Origin: a bacterium
Lineage (GTDB): Bacteria; SM23-31
Direction: 5' to 3'
DNA: 64,000 nucleotides
NCBI GenBank assembly: GCA_965249485.1
Contig: OZ252239.1
Coordinates: forward strand, 3,008,001-3,072,000
The position numbers and the translations under genes were made by a program. A model generated the notes under the pieces. It saw nothing but the letters and a program-made list of their open reading frames with translations. It did not search any database and was not told where the DNA came from. This document shows, piece after piece, positions 21,514 through 34,091 of the stretch (positions are counted from its first letter, which is position 1; each line of letters starts with the position of its first letter).

Positions 21514-22605
21514 ATGACACGAAAAATGTCAAGAAGAACATTTATCAAAACAGGCAGCTCAGCCGGGGCAGGCTTCACAATTTTAGCGGGAACCGGAACG
21601 GTTTTCGGGAAAAATTCGAAACGGCATCATCAGGTCAGACCAATCATAATGAACAGTCACGGCAGTGAACAGCGCGGCGCCCTCGGATCGTCAGGGAACA
21701 ACTCCGCATGGCTAATTCTTGAAGACAGCGGAACCGCTCTTGATGCTGTAGAAAGGTGTGCCAACACGATTGAAGTCGATCCGGAAGATACAAGCGTTGG
21801 GTATGGTGGTCTTCCAAATGAAGATGGCGTCGTGCAGCTCGACGCACAGATTGCCGACGGTAAATCCTATAACTTCGGTGCAGTTGGAGCAATTGAAAAT
21901 ATAAAAACACCTTCATCGATTGCGCGGCTTGTTATGGAACGGACGGACCATATAATGCTCGTTGGGAATGGAGCTCTCCGGTTTGCAAAAATGCACGGAT
22001 TCAAGGAGGAAAACCTACTTACTGAGAAAGCACGTAAGGCATGGCTCGAGTGGAAAGAAAATATGAGTGACGAGGATGATTGGCAGTCGCCCGAAAAAAA
22101 GGACAACAATCAAAGTGGGATCCTATTTGATGAAGAATATACAGCTGACGGAAGGATTCATGGTACGGTCAATGTTTTATCCGTTGATTATCATGGTGAT
22201 ATTGCCGGCATCACAACGACGAGCGGTCTTTCATTCAAGCTGTCGGGAAGGCTCGGTGATTCACCTATTATCGGAGCAGGGCTTTATGTGGACAATAACA
22301 TCGGCGGGGCAGGTGCAACTGGCCGGGGTGAGGAAGTGATAAAAACATGCGGCAGTTTTCTTCTTGTAGAATTCATGCGCAGCGGTATGAGCCCTCAAAA
22401 AGCGTGTGAGGCTGTATGTCGGCGGATAATTGATAATTATGGCGGTCACGTCAATTTTAATGACAAATTTGTCGCGCTAAATAAAGATGGTGAACTCGGA
22501 TGTGCGAGTATCCGCGGCAGAAAAGGATCAGAGCCGCAACTCGTTTATATGGAAGATGGAGAAAATAAAATCTATACGGGGACGTTTATACTCTCTGCAG
22601 ATTAA
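21514..22605 (+). CDS. Tat-exported N4-(beta-N-acetylglucosaminyl)-L-asparaginase / Ntn asparaginase family
   Basis: SRRTFIK Tat motif; SVGYGGLP, HGT cleavage site, GRLGDSPIIGAG, ATGRGE. Confidence 0.88.
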   Translation: MTRKMSRRTFIKTGSSAGAGFTILAGTGTVFGKNSKRHHQVRPIIMNSHGSEQRGALGSSGNNSAWLILEDSGTALDAVERCANTIEVDPEDTSVGYGGLPNEDGVVQLDAQIADGKSYNFGAVGAIENIKTPSSIARLVMERTDHIMLVGNGALRFAKMHGFKEENLLTEKARKAWLEWKENMSDEDDWQSPEKKDNNQSGILFDEEYTADGRIHGTVNVLSVDYHGDIAGITTTSGLSFKLSGRLGDSPIIGAGLYVDNNIGGAGATGRGEEVIKTCGSFLLVEFMRSGMSPQKACEAVCRRIIDNYGGHVNFNDKFVALNKDGELGCASIRGRKGSEPQLVYMEDGENKIYTGTFILSAD

Positions 22606-22655
22606 AGAGAAAGGTGCAATGCCTTATTGCTGATGATTATGATGTGTGCATTGAC

Positions 22656-22868
22656 TTAAAACGATTCCGCTTCATCAATGAGCATGATTGGGATGTCATC
22701 CTCGACACGATATTTTAAACGGCAGTTATTGCAGATCAACAGATTATTATTTTTATCGTATTCGAGATCTATTTCCTGAATTTCCTCTTCACCCTGCTCA
22801 TTGTTAACCTTTTTCTCGCTTTTACACTTTGGGCAGGCAAGAATATCAAGCAATTCCTGATTCAGCAT
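22656..22868 (-). CDS. Trm112/YcaR family protein
   Basis: LLDILACPKCK...LIC..C...Y.V.DDIPIMLIDEA. Confidence 0.9.
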   Translation of the reverse strand: MLNQELLDILACPKCKSEKKVNNEQGEEEIQEIDLEYDKNNNLLICNNCRLKYRVEDDIPIMLIDEAESF

Positions 22869-22961
22869 AGAATACTCCTTGATTATATATACTTTTCTAA
22901 TACTTCTTTACTAAGATATAACAAACAAATCTGCCGGCATCCACTCTTCCAAATAATATAA

Positions 22962-24416
22962 TTACTCATTTTCGAAATTATACCGGACGTCGATCTCCCG
23001 AGAGGCTTTTACCTCATCGAGTCGCGATACAGGAGTCACGTGCGGCGCACTTTTAAGAATATCAGGATTGTTTTCGACTTCATCGGCAATCTGAATAAGC
23101 GTTTCTGCAAATGCTTCCAATGTTTCTTTGGTTTCGGTTTCTGTCGGCTCGATCATCAATGCTTCTTTGACAATCAGTGGGAAATAGGTGGTCGGAGCAT
23201 GAAATCCGAAATCGAGCAGCCGTTTTGCGATATCGAGCGTCCGGATTCCCTTTTCTTTTTGTTTGGATGCAGAAAGAACAAGTTCGTGCATGATCGGCGA
23301 ACCGTAGGGATGTTCATAATGATCACCAAGCAATGATAATAAATAATTAGCATTCAGGATTGCGCTCTCGCTCACCCGTCTCATTCCCCGCTTACCGAGC
23401 ATCGTCATATAGGTTAGTGCCCTCACCAGTATGCCAAAATTACCGAAAAAGCCGTGGATCTTTCCGATCGAATCGGGATAATCATGAGAAAGGTGAAATG
23501 TATCTCCCGATTTGATAATTCTCGGAACAGGGAGAAATTCGACAAGTTTGTCCGTAACAGCGACAGGTCCAGCTCCTGGTCCACCACCACCATGCGGTGT
23601 TGAAAACGTTTTATGGAGGTTAATATGAAGAATATCGACACCAAGTGAACCGGGTTTTACAAAGCCGAGAAGCGCATTCAGATTCGCTCCATCCATATAT
23701 AAAAGCGCATCCTTTTTATGAAGCGCGTCGGCTATCTCAGCAATATCTTTCTCAAAAAATCCGAGCGTATTCGGGTTTGTAACCATAAGCCCTGCAACAT
23801 TGTCAGTGAGCTTCGTATAAAAATCTTCAAGATCGATCGTTCCTTGGTCATTCGACTTTATTTCGCGTGTTTCAAATCCCGCAATAGCTACACTAGAAGG
23901 ATTAGTACCGTGTGCAGAATCGGGAATAAGGATAATGTTTCGACCGGATTTGTTTTTGTCATGATATTTCCGCATTAACATTATTCCGGTAAATTCACCA
24001 TGAGAACCGGCAGCAGGTTGCGCTGTCACGGCAGCTAGTCCGGTAACTTCACATAGTATTCGTTCGATTTCCCACACAACCTCAAGACAACCCTGCACGC
24101 TTGATGCAGGCTGATGTGGATGAGAAGTAGAATACCCTGGAAGTGCGGCAGTATCTTCATTGATTTTCGGATTATATTTCATTGTACACGATCCGAGAGG
24201 ATAAAATCCGCGGTCTATGTTATAATTCATCAGAGAGAGCCGTACAAAATGTCTGACAACTTCATTTTCCGCTACTTCTGGTAGTCGTGCAGGCTGTTTT
24301 CGAACGTATGCCCCACCAAGAAGCTCGTCAAGTGGTTTCTCCGGAACATCGAGATTGTCTAAAGTAAAGCCTTTGCGGCCGGGACTGCTCATTTCAAAAA
24401 GAATCTTTTCTGGCAT
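22962..24416 (-). CDS. gcvPB: glycine dehydrogenase subunit 2
   Basis: YPLGSCTMKYNP, SAHGTNP, NLHKTFSTPHGGGGPG. Confidence 0.97.
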   Translation of the reverse strand: MPEKILFEMSSPGRKGFTLDNLDVPEKPLDELLGGAYVRKQPARLPEVAENEVVRHFVRLSLMNYNIDRGFYPLGSCTMKYNPKINEDTAALPGYSTSHPHQPASSVQGCLEVVWEIERILCEVTGLAAVTAQPAAGSHGEFTGIMLMRKYHDKNKSGRNIILIPDSAHGTNPSSVAIAGFETREIKSNDQGTIDLEDFYTKLTDNVAGLMVTNPNTLGFFEKDIAEIADALHKKDALLYMDGANLNALLGFVKPGSLGVDILHINLHKTFSTPHGGGGPGAGPVAVTDKLVEFLPVPRIIKSGDTFHLSHDYPDSIGKIHGFFGNFGILVRALTYMTMLGKRGMRRVSESAILNANYLLSLLGDHYEHPYGSPIMHELVLSASKQKEKGIRTLDIAKRLLDFGFHAPTTYFPLIVKEALMIEPTETETKETLEAFAETLIQIADEVENNPDILKSAPHVTPVSRLDEVKASREIDVRYNFENE

Positions 24417-24442
24417 TTTGAAAGTTCTCCACTACATATAAA

Positions 24443-25801
24443 TTATTCTACAACAACTTTTTTGTTCTGCACTGAAGCGAATAGCTTCAGTTTATCAAGC
24501 AAAGTATCCATATCTTCTTTTGTCCGTTTTTCAGTAACAGCAATCAAAAGCCCGTGAGGATCGTTCATGTTGTCTAATGGAATACCAGCAAAGATGTCAT
24601 GTTCAAGCAACACATTGCACACCTTTTGAGCCGGTTCCGGACACGACACAACAAACTCATGGAAAAAAGGCTGATTATATTTGAGTGAAAATCCAGGAAT
24701 TTCGGCAATTTTTTCTGCAAGATAGTGAGCTTTCTGCACACACTGTTTTGCCACTTCACGAATCCCTTCTTTTCCGATCAGCGACATGTAGATACACGCC
24801 CTGAGCATCATCAGACCCTGATTGGTACAGATATTCGATGTTGCTTTCTCTCTTCTTATATGTTGTTCGCGCGTCTGAAGCGCAAGAACAAATCCCTGAC
24901 GCCCCTGCATATCAACTGTTCTACCGGACAGTCTTCCCGGAATTTTACGAATGAGACTCTGCTTCACTGCAAATATACCTAAATAGGGACCGCCCCAGTT
25001 AACCGGATTTCCAAGTACTTGTCCCTCACCCGTCACAATATCTATATCACATTCACCCGGTGACTTGAGCAGCGCAAGTGCAATCGGATTAGCAGCCGTT
25101 ATAATGAGACCTCCGGCTTTATGGACAATTGATGCCAACTCAGACAGAGGCTCAATAATGCCATAATAATTCGGATATTGCAGCACGAGTCCTGCATATT
25201 CTTCACCCATTTTCTGCTTCAGATCATCAATATCTATTGAGCCACTGTTGCACGAGACTTCTTCGATGATGATACTACGTCCAAAGCAATAGGTCTTGAT
25301 TACTTGCTTATAATTAACCGGTAGATTTTCTGCGATTAATATCTTTTCTTTTTTCTTGAATGATGTTGCCAGAAGAACAGCTTCTGCTGTTGCTGATACT
25401 CCGCAATACATAGATGCATTGCTCACATCCATTCCCGTCAACTCACAAATCATTGTTTGGTACTCATAAATAGCCTGCAAAGTCCCCTGACTTACTTCAG
25501 GCTGATATGGTGTATATGCGGTTGAAAATTCAGAACGGTCTGTAAGATGATTCACTACTGATGGAATATAGTGATCGTACGATCCGCCTCCTAAAAAGCT
25601 GATATAATTCTGAGCATTTTTTGATGCAAGCTGACTAAGATACTCAAATGTTGACAGTTCGGATTTTCCCGGAAACTGTTTCCAATCTTCCTGTATGAGG
25701 TACTCATTCGGGACTCCCTTCATAAGCCCATCGACACTCGACACACCGAGAGATTGTAGCATCTTCTTTTGGTCCTGGTCCGAGTTAGAAATAAAAGGCA
25801 T
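24443..25801 (-). CDS. gcvPA: glycine dehydrogenase subunit 1
   Basis: TAYTPYQPEVSQG, TREQHIRREKATSNICTN; ATG 25801 with GGAG RBS. Confidence 0.97.
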   Translation of the reverse strand: MPFISNSDQDQKKMLQSLGVSSVDGLMKGVPNEYLIQEDWKQFPGKSELSTFEYLSQLASKNAQNYISFLGGGSYDHYIPSVVNHLTDRSEFSTAYTPYQPEVSQGTLQAIYEYQTMICELTGMDVSNASMYCGVSATAEAVLLATSFKKKEKILIAENLPVNYKQVIKTYCFGRSIIIEEVSCNSGSIDIDDLKQKMGEEYAGLVLQYPNYYGIIEPLSELASIVHKAGGLIITAANPIALALLKSPGECDIDIVTGEGQVLGNPVNWGGPYLGIFAVKQSLIRKIPGRLSGRTVDMQGRQGFVLALQTREQHIRREKATSNICTNQGLMMLRACIYMSLIGKEGIREVAKQCVQKAHYLAEKIAEIPGFSLKYNQPFFHEFVVSCPEPAQKVCNVLLEHDIFAGIPLDNMNDPHGLLIAVTEKRTKEDMDTLLDKLKLFASVQNKKVVVE

Positions 25802-25920
25802 TGCAACTCCAAAAATAATTGTGATAAGGTTTGATGTAATCCGATTGCGAATCGGTCGTAGCAAATTACTTAACGAATGATTAAAAAGTTATATTATTTC
25901 AAGAAATGTATTGTTCCCAT

Positions 25921-25954
25921 AAAAAGATTAGGGCACTCATCAAGAGTGCCGTTT
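25921..25954 (-). terminator. hairpin between gcvH and gcvPA (terminator or mRNA stabiliser)
   Basis: GGCACTC-5nt-GAGTGCC stem; a U-run follows on the minus strand after a short gap. Confidence 0.5.
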
Positions 25955-26041
25955 TCATTTATCGATTGCAGCAAAGTATTAGAGTAGTTCGATTAATCGA
26001 ATAAGTTTGAGTAAATACAATTTAAATCCGCAAGAAGCACA

Positions 26042-26428
26042 CTACTCAATTAATGCTTTATAATCTTTTGCAGATAGGAGGCCATCAAATTCAGATTTAT
26101 CACTCATTTTAATTTTGACAAGCCATCCATCTCCATACGGGTCTTTATTACAAAGTTCCGGTTTCTCTTCAAGCTGATGGTTTACCTCAACAATTTCACC
26201 GGTAACGGGTGAGAATAGATCCTCTACTGCTTTTACTGCTTCAATTGAACCAAAGGGCTCATTGGCTGCAATTGAGCTTCCAACTTCCGGTAATTCCAGA
26301 TAGACGATGTCTTCGAGTTGGTCCTGTGCAAAATCGGTTACACCAACAACTACGACATCGTCACCCTCAATATAAGCCCATTCGTGCTCTTGCGTATACG
26401 ACAAATCATCGGGAATTTCAATTGCCAT
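26042..26428 (-). CDS. gcvH: glycine cleavage system H protein
   Basis: YTQEHEW, GVTDFAQ, EAVKAV lipoyl-Lys, DPYGDGW; start at 26428 overlaps the accC end. Confidence 0.97.
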   Translation of the reverse strand: MAIEIPDDLSYTQEHEWAYIEGDDVVVVGVTDFAQDQLEDIVYLELPEVGSSIAANEPFGSIEAVKAVEDLFSPVTGEIVEVNHQLEEKPELCNKDPYGDGWLVKIKMSDKSEFDGLLSAKDYKALIE

Positions 26429-27764
26429 TTTTAAACTCCTCAATAAATCCAGTGTGATAGGTTCCTTGTTGAAATTGTTCTGATGCAATGACCGATTGAT
26501 GAAACGGAATGGTCGAATGAATACCCTCAATGATAAACTCCTCAAGTCCCCGCTGCATGCGCAAAACCGCTTCATGTCTGGTCTCACCATACGCTATCAA
26601 TTTGGCCAATAATGAATCATAATATGGAGGTACATAATATGAAGCATATGCATGTGTATCAACCCGAATTCCGGGACCTCCCGGCAAGTGAAAACTTGTG
26701 ATCTTTCCGGCAGACGGCGCAAAATTATTCAGGGGATCTTCTGCATTAATACGACACTCAATTGCATGTCCCTTCATTTTTTTATCCTTGTAGCCGTTGC
26801 TCAGCTTTTCTCCTGCTACAATCCTGAGTTGATCCTTTACCAGATCAATATCACACACCATTTCTGTTACCGGATGCTCAACCTGAATTCTGGTGTTCAT
26901 TTCCATAAAATAAAATCCCCCGTCCTGAGACAGGAGAAACTCCATTGTACCAGCATTGGTGTAGTTTACCGACATTGCTCCTTTTATAGCTATCTCCCCC
27001 ATTTGTTGCCGCATTTCAGCTGTTAGGACAGGGGATGGCGATTCTTCTATTAATTTTTGATGCCGTCTCTGTATAGAGCAATCCCGCTCTCCGTGGTGGA
27101 CAACATTTCCGTGTTCATCAGCGATGATTTGTATTTCGATATGGCGGGGATTTTCAATAAATTTCTCAATATAGATCGCACCATCACCAAAATTTTTAAT
27201 AGCTTCGTTCCGAGCAATAGTAAAGAATTTTTCCAGATCACTGGAATCTCGCACAATCCGCATGCCCTTACCGCCACCACCAGCTGAAGCCTTGACAATC
27301 ACCGGGTATCCGATTTCATCAGCAATTTTCTTTGCAGCAGCAGCATCACTGACAATTGAATCACTTCCGGGTATAACGGGAACTCCTGCGTTTCTCATTG
27401 TCTCCTTTGCAGCCGCCTTGTTACCCATTAGTGAGATAACTTTTGCAGAAGGGCCTACAAACTTTATATCATTCGTAGCACAAATATCTGCAAAATTTGT
27501 GTTCTCGGCAAGGAATCCATATCCAGGATGAATTGCATCGGCATTACTTATTTCGGCTGCCCCTATGATGCGAGAGATGTTAAGATAACTGTCCTGAGAA
27601 GGGGCAGGACCAATACATATTGCTTCATCAGCAAATCTGACATGGAGCGAATCCCGGTCGGCGTCAGAAAATACAGCAATTGATTTAATGCCAAGTTCTT
27701 TACATGCTCTGATGATTCTGAGAGCAATTTCTCCTCGATTTGCAATTAACAATTTAGAAATCAT
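26418..27764 (-). CDS. accC: acetyl-CoA carboxylase biotin carboxylase
   Basis: [36 protein letters not shown]. Confidence 0.97.
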   Translation of the reverse strand: MISKLLIANRGEIALRIIRACKELGIKSIAVFSDADRDSLHVRFADEAICIGPAPSQDSYLNISRIIGAAEISNADAIHPGYGFLAENTNFADICATNDIKFVGPSAKVISLMGNKAAAKETMRNAGVPVIPGSDSIVSDAAAAKKIADEIGYPVIVKASAGGGGKGMRIVRDSSDLEKFFTIARNEAIKNFGDGAIYIEKFIENPRHIEIQIIADEHGNVVHHGERDCSIQRRHQKLIEESPSPVLTAEMRQQMGEIAIKGAMSVNYTNAGTMEFLLSQDGGFYFMEMNTRIQVEHPVTEMVCDIDLVKDQLRIVAGEKLSNGYKDKKMKGHAIECRINAEDPLNNFAPSAGKITSFHLPGGPGIRVDTHAYASYYVPPYYDSLLAKLIAYGETRHEAVLRMQRGLEEFIIEGIHSTIPFHQSVIASEQFQQGTYHTGFIEEFKNGN

Positions 27765-27798
27765 ATTAATTTAAATATCAACTAATTTAATTTGAACA

Positions 27799-28941
27799 TC
27801 AAACGTGTTTATCAAGATTGATATTTATCGGATCAATCCGGATCTCTTTATCGCTATAAAGCAACCGGATATGAGGAGCATTAAGGTTACCCTCATTAAG
27901 TGAAATGACAACACCTTGATATCCCGCAAACTTACCAGATACAATTTCACAATTTGAACCCACTGGATACCTCGGCACAATACTGAGAAATGCATTGACA
28001 ATTTCCGCATTTAGGTGTGAATATGCACTGTTTTTTATTATATCGAGTACTTTATCATGCAGAAGGCTTTTTCTTTACGGACGATCCGAACTTAACGCAT
28101 CATACATATCCGCAACAGCTGAAATTTCACCGTAAAGTGCGATTTGAATATTACTATCGTCACGCTTTATGGAATTGCTGCCTGTCAGTCCACGTGGATA
28201 ACCCGAACCGTCTTGTCGCTCATGGTGCTGATATGCCACATGTGTCGGCATGATTGGCAGTGATTCTTTCAGCAGTTCATATCCCATTGAAGCGTGTTCT
28301 TTGATGAGTTCATATTCCTCATCTGTTAATTTACTACTTTTCTGCAATATATGTTTCGGTATGAACACCTTTCCAATATCATGCAGGAGACATCCGGTAG
28401 CAAGCTCATGCAGCTGACGGACATTCAATTGCAGTTTTCTTCCGATCATTAACGAAAATATAGTGACATCGATCGAATGATTAAAACTATAATTGTCGTG
28501 TGTTTTAAGTGAATTCAGTCCGTTTAATTCCGCGCTTGAGATGACATCTTCAATTATATCATCAACCGCTCTGGAAACATGAGAGTGAATACCGATCGAG
28601 CCAATCGCTTTTCTTACCGTTTTCGACCGTAAGTTATCAATGATTTTATCAGCGGACTGGTCTTTGAAATCCCGGATAGCCTTCTTCACATAATTGTTCG
28701 TCACATTCAGACGTTTTGTTGTCTCAATTCGAGTGTTGTCCGAAATCATCTCTTCATGTTCAACATCCAGAAGATCGGGATCTGCTATATAAACAGTCTG
28801 AAAACCTAAATCGACAAGCCGTTGTATATATCGACTTGTCAATTCAACATTTCGATTTAGCAGTATATTACCATTCTCATCCCGAATAGGAAGACTTAAC
28901 TGCATTCCGGGTTTAAGACTGTTAATACTCAGTCGACGCAT
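27799..28941 (-). pseudogene. HD-GYP phosphodiesterase with in-frame TAA at the conserved RPY tyrosine (28077-28075)
   Basis: LHDIGK, HHERQDGSGYP, ADMYDAL.SDRP*RK; same frame continues about 91 codons (..IVNAFL.IV.RYPVGS..GVV..P..RLL). Confidence 0.85.
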
Positions 28942-29393
28942 TATTTTTTGCTTTCGTCGATGTAAAAAAGCGGTTGGTTATATTCGACGGGCAAAGCATT
29001 ATCGATCAGTGTCTCAACAATTGTTCCACTAACCTCTGATTCAATTTCGTTCATAACTTTCATAGCTTCAATAATGCAGAGCGTCTGTCCTACTTTTACT
29101 GTATCGCCAACCGATATAAATGGTGGATCATCAGGGGCTGGTGCGCGATAAAAAGTTCCAACCATTGGGGAGGAAACAACGGTATAAGGTTTTTCCTGTT
29201 CATGATCGGATTGTTTAAGCAGAGGCGCTATATCTTCATGAATTTCGGATTTAGAATCTGGAATTTCAACCTTGTTAGCTGAACCATTTTTTGCAACACG
29301 AATCCGCTCACCCCACCATCTTCTAATTTCAATTTCATCAATACCGGTGTCGTCAAGTATTTTGATGAGTTGCCGAATTTTTTTTTCTCTCAT
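28941..29393 (-). CDS. accB: biotin carboxyl carrier protein
   Basis: [17 protein letters not shown]. Confidence 0.97.
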   Translation of the reverse strand: MREKKIRQLIKILDDTGIDEIEIRRWWGERIRVAKNGSANKVEIPDSKSEIHEDIAPLLKQSDHEQEKPYTVVSSPMVGTFYRAPAPDDPPFISVGDTVKVGQTLCIIEAMKVMNEIESEVSGTIVETLIDNALPVEYNQPLFYIDESKK

Positions 29394-29551
29394 AAACTGT
29401 ATCAGAGCTTTCGCAACTTGTTAAAAATCAACTGGTTAAAATCTTGTTATCGCAGTCGATTTATCATCATTTCAAGTCTTTATTGTACAATAATTTCATT
29501 GCATAATTGTACAAATTTAAAGCAAAAATATACTACTAATAAGCAGAAAAG

Positions 29552-31639
<2,088 letters not shown>

Positions 31640-31712
31640 TTATACGGCAAGGATGGGGAAAAACATGGCAAAGGATATCGTAAACACATTTAACAGAGGA
31701 AACCGGACAAAA

Positions 31713-32015
31713 TTATACGACTTCGTTATAAGTCCGTATTGAGACAAGCGTCTGGTTCAAAATATACTGATCAATCTGACTCATCAACTTTTCAGTTCTT
31801 TTCTCCTGAAGCCGCTTAACTTCCTCTATATCGCTGGATTCCTCGAGGAAATAGACTTCCGTCATCAAATTTGGCTGAGATGGATCTTCATAAACAGAGT
31901 ATTTTTGCTTGGACGATTTTTGAATCTACTTTTTGACCTTCTTCATGAGTGTTAAATACTCGCTCCTCTTGTCGAGGGCAATCTCGTAACTGACGGAAAA
32001 AATAATTTTCGTCAT
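31713..32015 (-). pseudogene. 100-codon ABM/ferredoxin-like-fold gene with in-frame TAG at codon 30 (missing from ORF track)
   Basis: GGGAG RBS, MTKIIFSVSYEIALDKRSEYLTLMKKVKK*IQKSSKQKYSVYEDPSQPNLMTEVYF...RTYNEVV; co-oriented between folE and ligA. Confidence 0.75.
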
Positions 32016-32265
32016 ACTATATACTCCCGAATTATTTATAGGTGAATTTGCTGTTTCAGAACAATATTAATATTCTGACTATTTTTCAATCTCCAACTTT
32101 CCAAATAATGTGAAACAGCATCAGAGCTCAAAAAATGTCTGTACAACAAAGTCGCTTTAAAGAAAAATATATATATGAAATCAAATTTACAACAAATTTT
32201 TTCTTTTCAGATGTATAATTTTCGTATATGCATCATAAAACACGTATAATCAGGCTCAGGTTTTA

Positions 32266-32829
32266 CTATATTGGATTCTGAGTCTGACTCACCAGGCTGA
32301 GAAACTCGCTTCGTGTTCTCGGATCACTTTTAAAACATTTGAGCATACTACTTGTCGTAACAATAGTGTTTTGTTTTTTCACTCCCCGCATCATCATACA
32401 TAAATGTCGGGCAGTTACGACGACACCAACTCCCTTCGGTTCAAGAACTTCTTGCACGGATTCAGCGATTTGATCGGTAAGTCGTTCCTGAACTTGCAGC
32501 CTCCTCGTAAATATCTCAACAATTCTGGGAATTTTGCTCAAACCAATAATTTTTCCATTCGGAATGTAGGCAACATGACAGACACCGTAGAACGGCAGCA
32601 AATGGTGCTCACACAAACTAAACATATCAATATTTTTAACCAAAACCATTTCATCATAATTCTCATTGAATATTGCTCCGTTCACCAATTTTTCAATATC
32701 AACCGAGTACCCGCTGGTGAATTCTTCATATACTGCTGCAACACGTTTCGGAGTTCTAACAAGGCCTTCACGATCCGGATTTTCACCTACCTTTACTAAA
32801 ATATCCCGGATTAATGATTCCATGATCAT
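32266..32829 (-). CDS. folE: GTP cyclohydrolase I
   Basis: [34 protein letters not shown]. Confidence 0.97.
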   Translation of the reverse strand: MIMESLIRDILVKVGENPDREGLVRTPKRVAAVYEEFTSGYSVDIEKLVNGAIFNENYDEMVLVKNIDMFSLCEHHLLPFYGVCHVAYIPNGKIIGLSKIPRIVEIFTRRLQVQERLTDQIAESVQEVLEPKGVGVVVTARHLCMMMRGVKKQNTIVTTSSMLKCFKSDPRTRSEFLSLVSQTQNPI

Positions 32830-32873
32830 ACTCTTTCTCAATAAAATGTACGAATTTATATGTAATTATTAAA

Positions 32874-33875
32874 TTAATAATTTTTGACAAAGTCAACCGC
32901 TGCTTTTGTTACAATATCTTTTGCATTATCAAGTGTCATTGAATGCAGAATAGCTGCAGAAGCATTTTTGTGGCCGCCGCCTTTGAATTGTCCGGCAAGC
33001 TTATCTACAGGAACATTGTTGATTGACCGAAAACTTATTTTAATATTATCGGTTTCTTGCTCAACAAAAAGTATAGACACGAGAACACTATGAATTTTTC
33101 GCGGATATTCAGCAAATCCCTCAATTTCGTCATGATTTGCACCTGACTCCTCAATCATTGTTCGCGAAATATGCATGACAGCTACCTTACCGTCCGCATA
33201 CTGTTCAATTGTCATGAGAGTGCGTGCAAACAGTTCAGTTTTTTCCCATGAGTCATTTTCATATATCTCACGATATTCTTTCTGGTGATCTGCGCCATGC
33301 TTGAGAAGATTAGCACCAAGCTGCAGCGCACGCGTATTGGTATTAGAAAACCGGAAGCATCCGGTATCGGTCAATAACGCAACGTACAAAGCTTTCGCAA
33401 TTTCAGGAGTTATTGCATCATTGTCACGCTCCAATATATTGTAAACCAATTCTCCGGTTGCAACTGCTTCTTCATCAATAAGAACGGTATCGGCATCAAA
33501 ATTATTCCGAAGATGGTGATCTATACACAACCGGATGGCATTACTCTTTTTGATTGCCCGACTAACGATACCCAGGCGGTGCATAACCGAAATATCCAAT
33601 ACGACAATTACGTCAATCCCCTGAATCAGTTCAAAATCCGATTCCTCATACCGATGGAAAATCTTTTCATCCGGATCCATAAACCGATATTGAGCAGGTA
33701 CCGGAGATTCGTTGATAATGCGGACCATTTTTCCAAGACTCCGCAAATAATGGTAGAGTGCTAATTCCGATCCAAGTCCATCTCCATCCGGATTGATATG
33801 CGAGGTTAGAACAAACGTATTATACTTTTGGAAAACAGCAAGAATACGGTCGATGTCACTTTTGCTGGTCATCAC
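32874..33875 (-). CDS. nrnA: DHH-family nanoRNase / pAp phosphatase
   Basis: H.NPDGD, IDHH, DTGCF, SFRS, GGGHKNA. Confidence 0.9.
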   Translation of the reverse strand: MMTSKSDIDRILAVFQKYNTFVLTSHINPDGDGLGSELALYHYLRSLGKMVRIINESPVPAQYRFMDPDEKIFHRYEESDFELIQGIDVIVVLDISVMHRLGIVSRAIKKSNAIRLCIDHHLRNNFDADTVLIDEEAVATGELVYNILERDNDAITPEIAKALYVALLTDTGCFRFSNTNTRALQLGANLLKHGADHQKEYREIYENDSWEKTELFARTLMTIEQYADGKVAVMHISRTMIEESGANHDEIEGFAEYPRKIHSVLVSILFVEQETDNIKISFRSINNVPVDKLAGQFKGGGHKNASAAILHSMTLDNAKDIVTKAAVDFVKNY

Positions 33876-34091
33876 TGAGTATCAACAATTTTTAAAGAAT
33901 CTTTGGAGTAGAATTTAGGTAGTAGTAGCTAAAAAGGTGCTGAACATTCTTTTTAATAAGCTGTCAATTTAGACATTAATAGATAAAAAAGCAAACTTTT
34001 ATATGGGTCTAGAATTTCATTTGCATTTTTCTAAATCTTCAATATATTTAATCATCACTATTTAACCCCACACTAATATAGAATAAAACTT

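Noticed and set aside
25928..25950. Second CIRCE element
   Set aside because: GCACTC-N5-GAGTGC has the wrong spacer and flanks; better read as a hairpin after gcvH
26429..26590. N-terminal extension of gcvH in the ORF track
   Set aside because: Lies inside accC; the real start is ATG 26428 with a GAGGAG RBS
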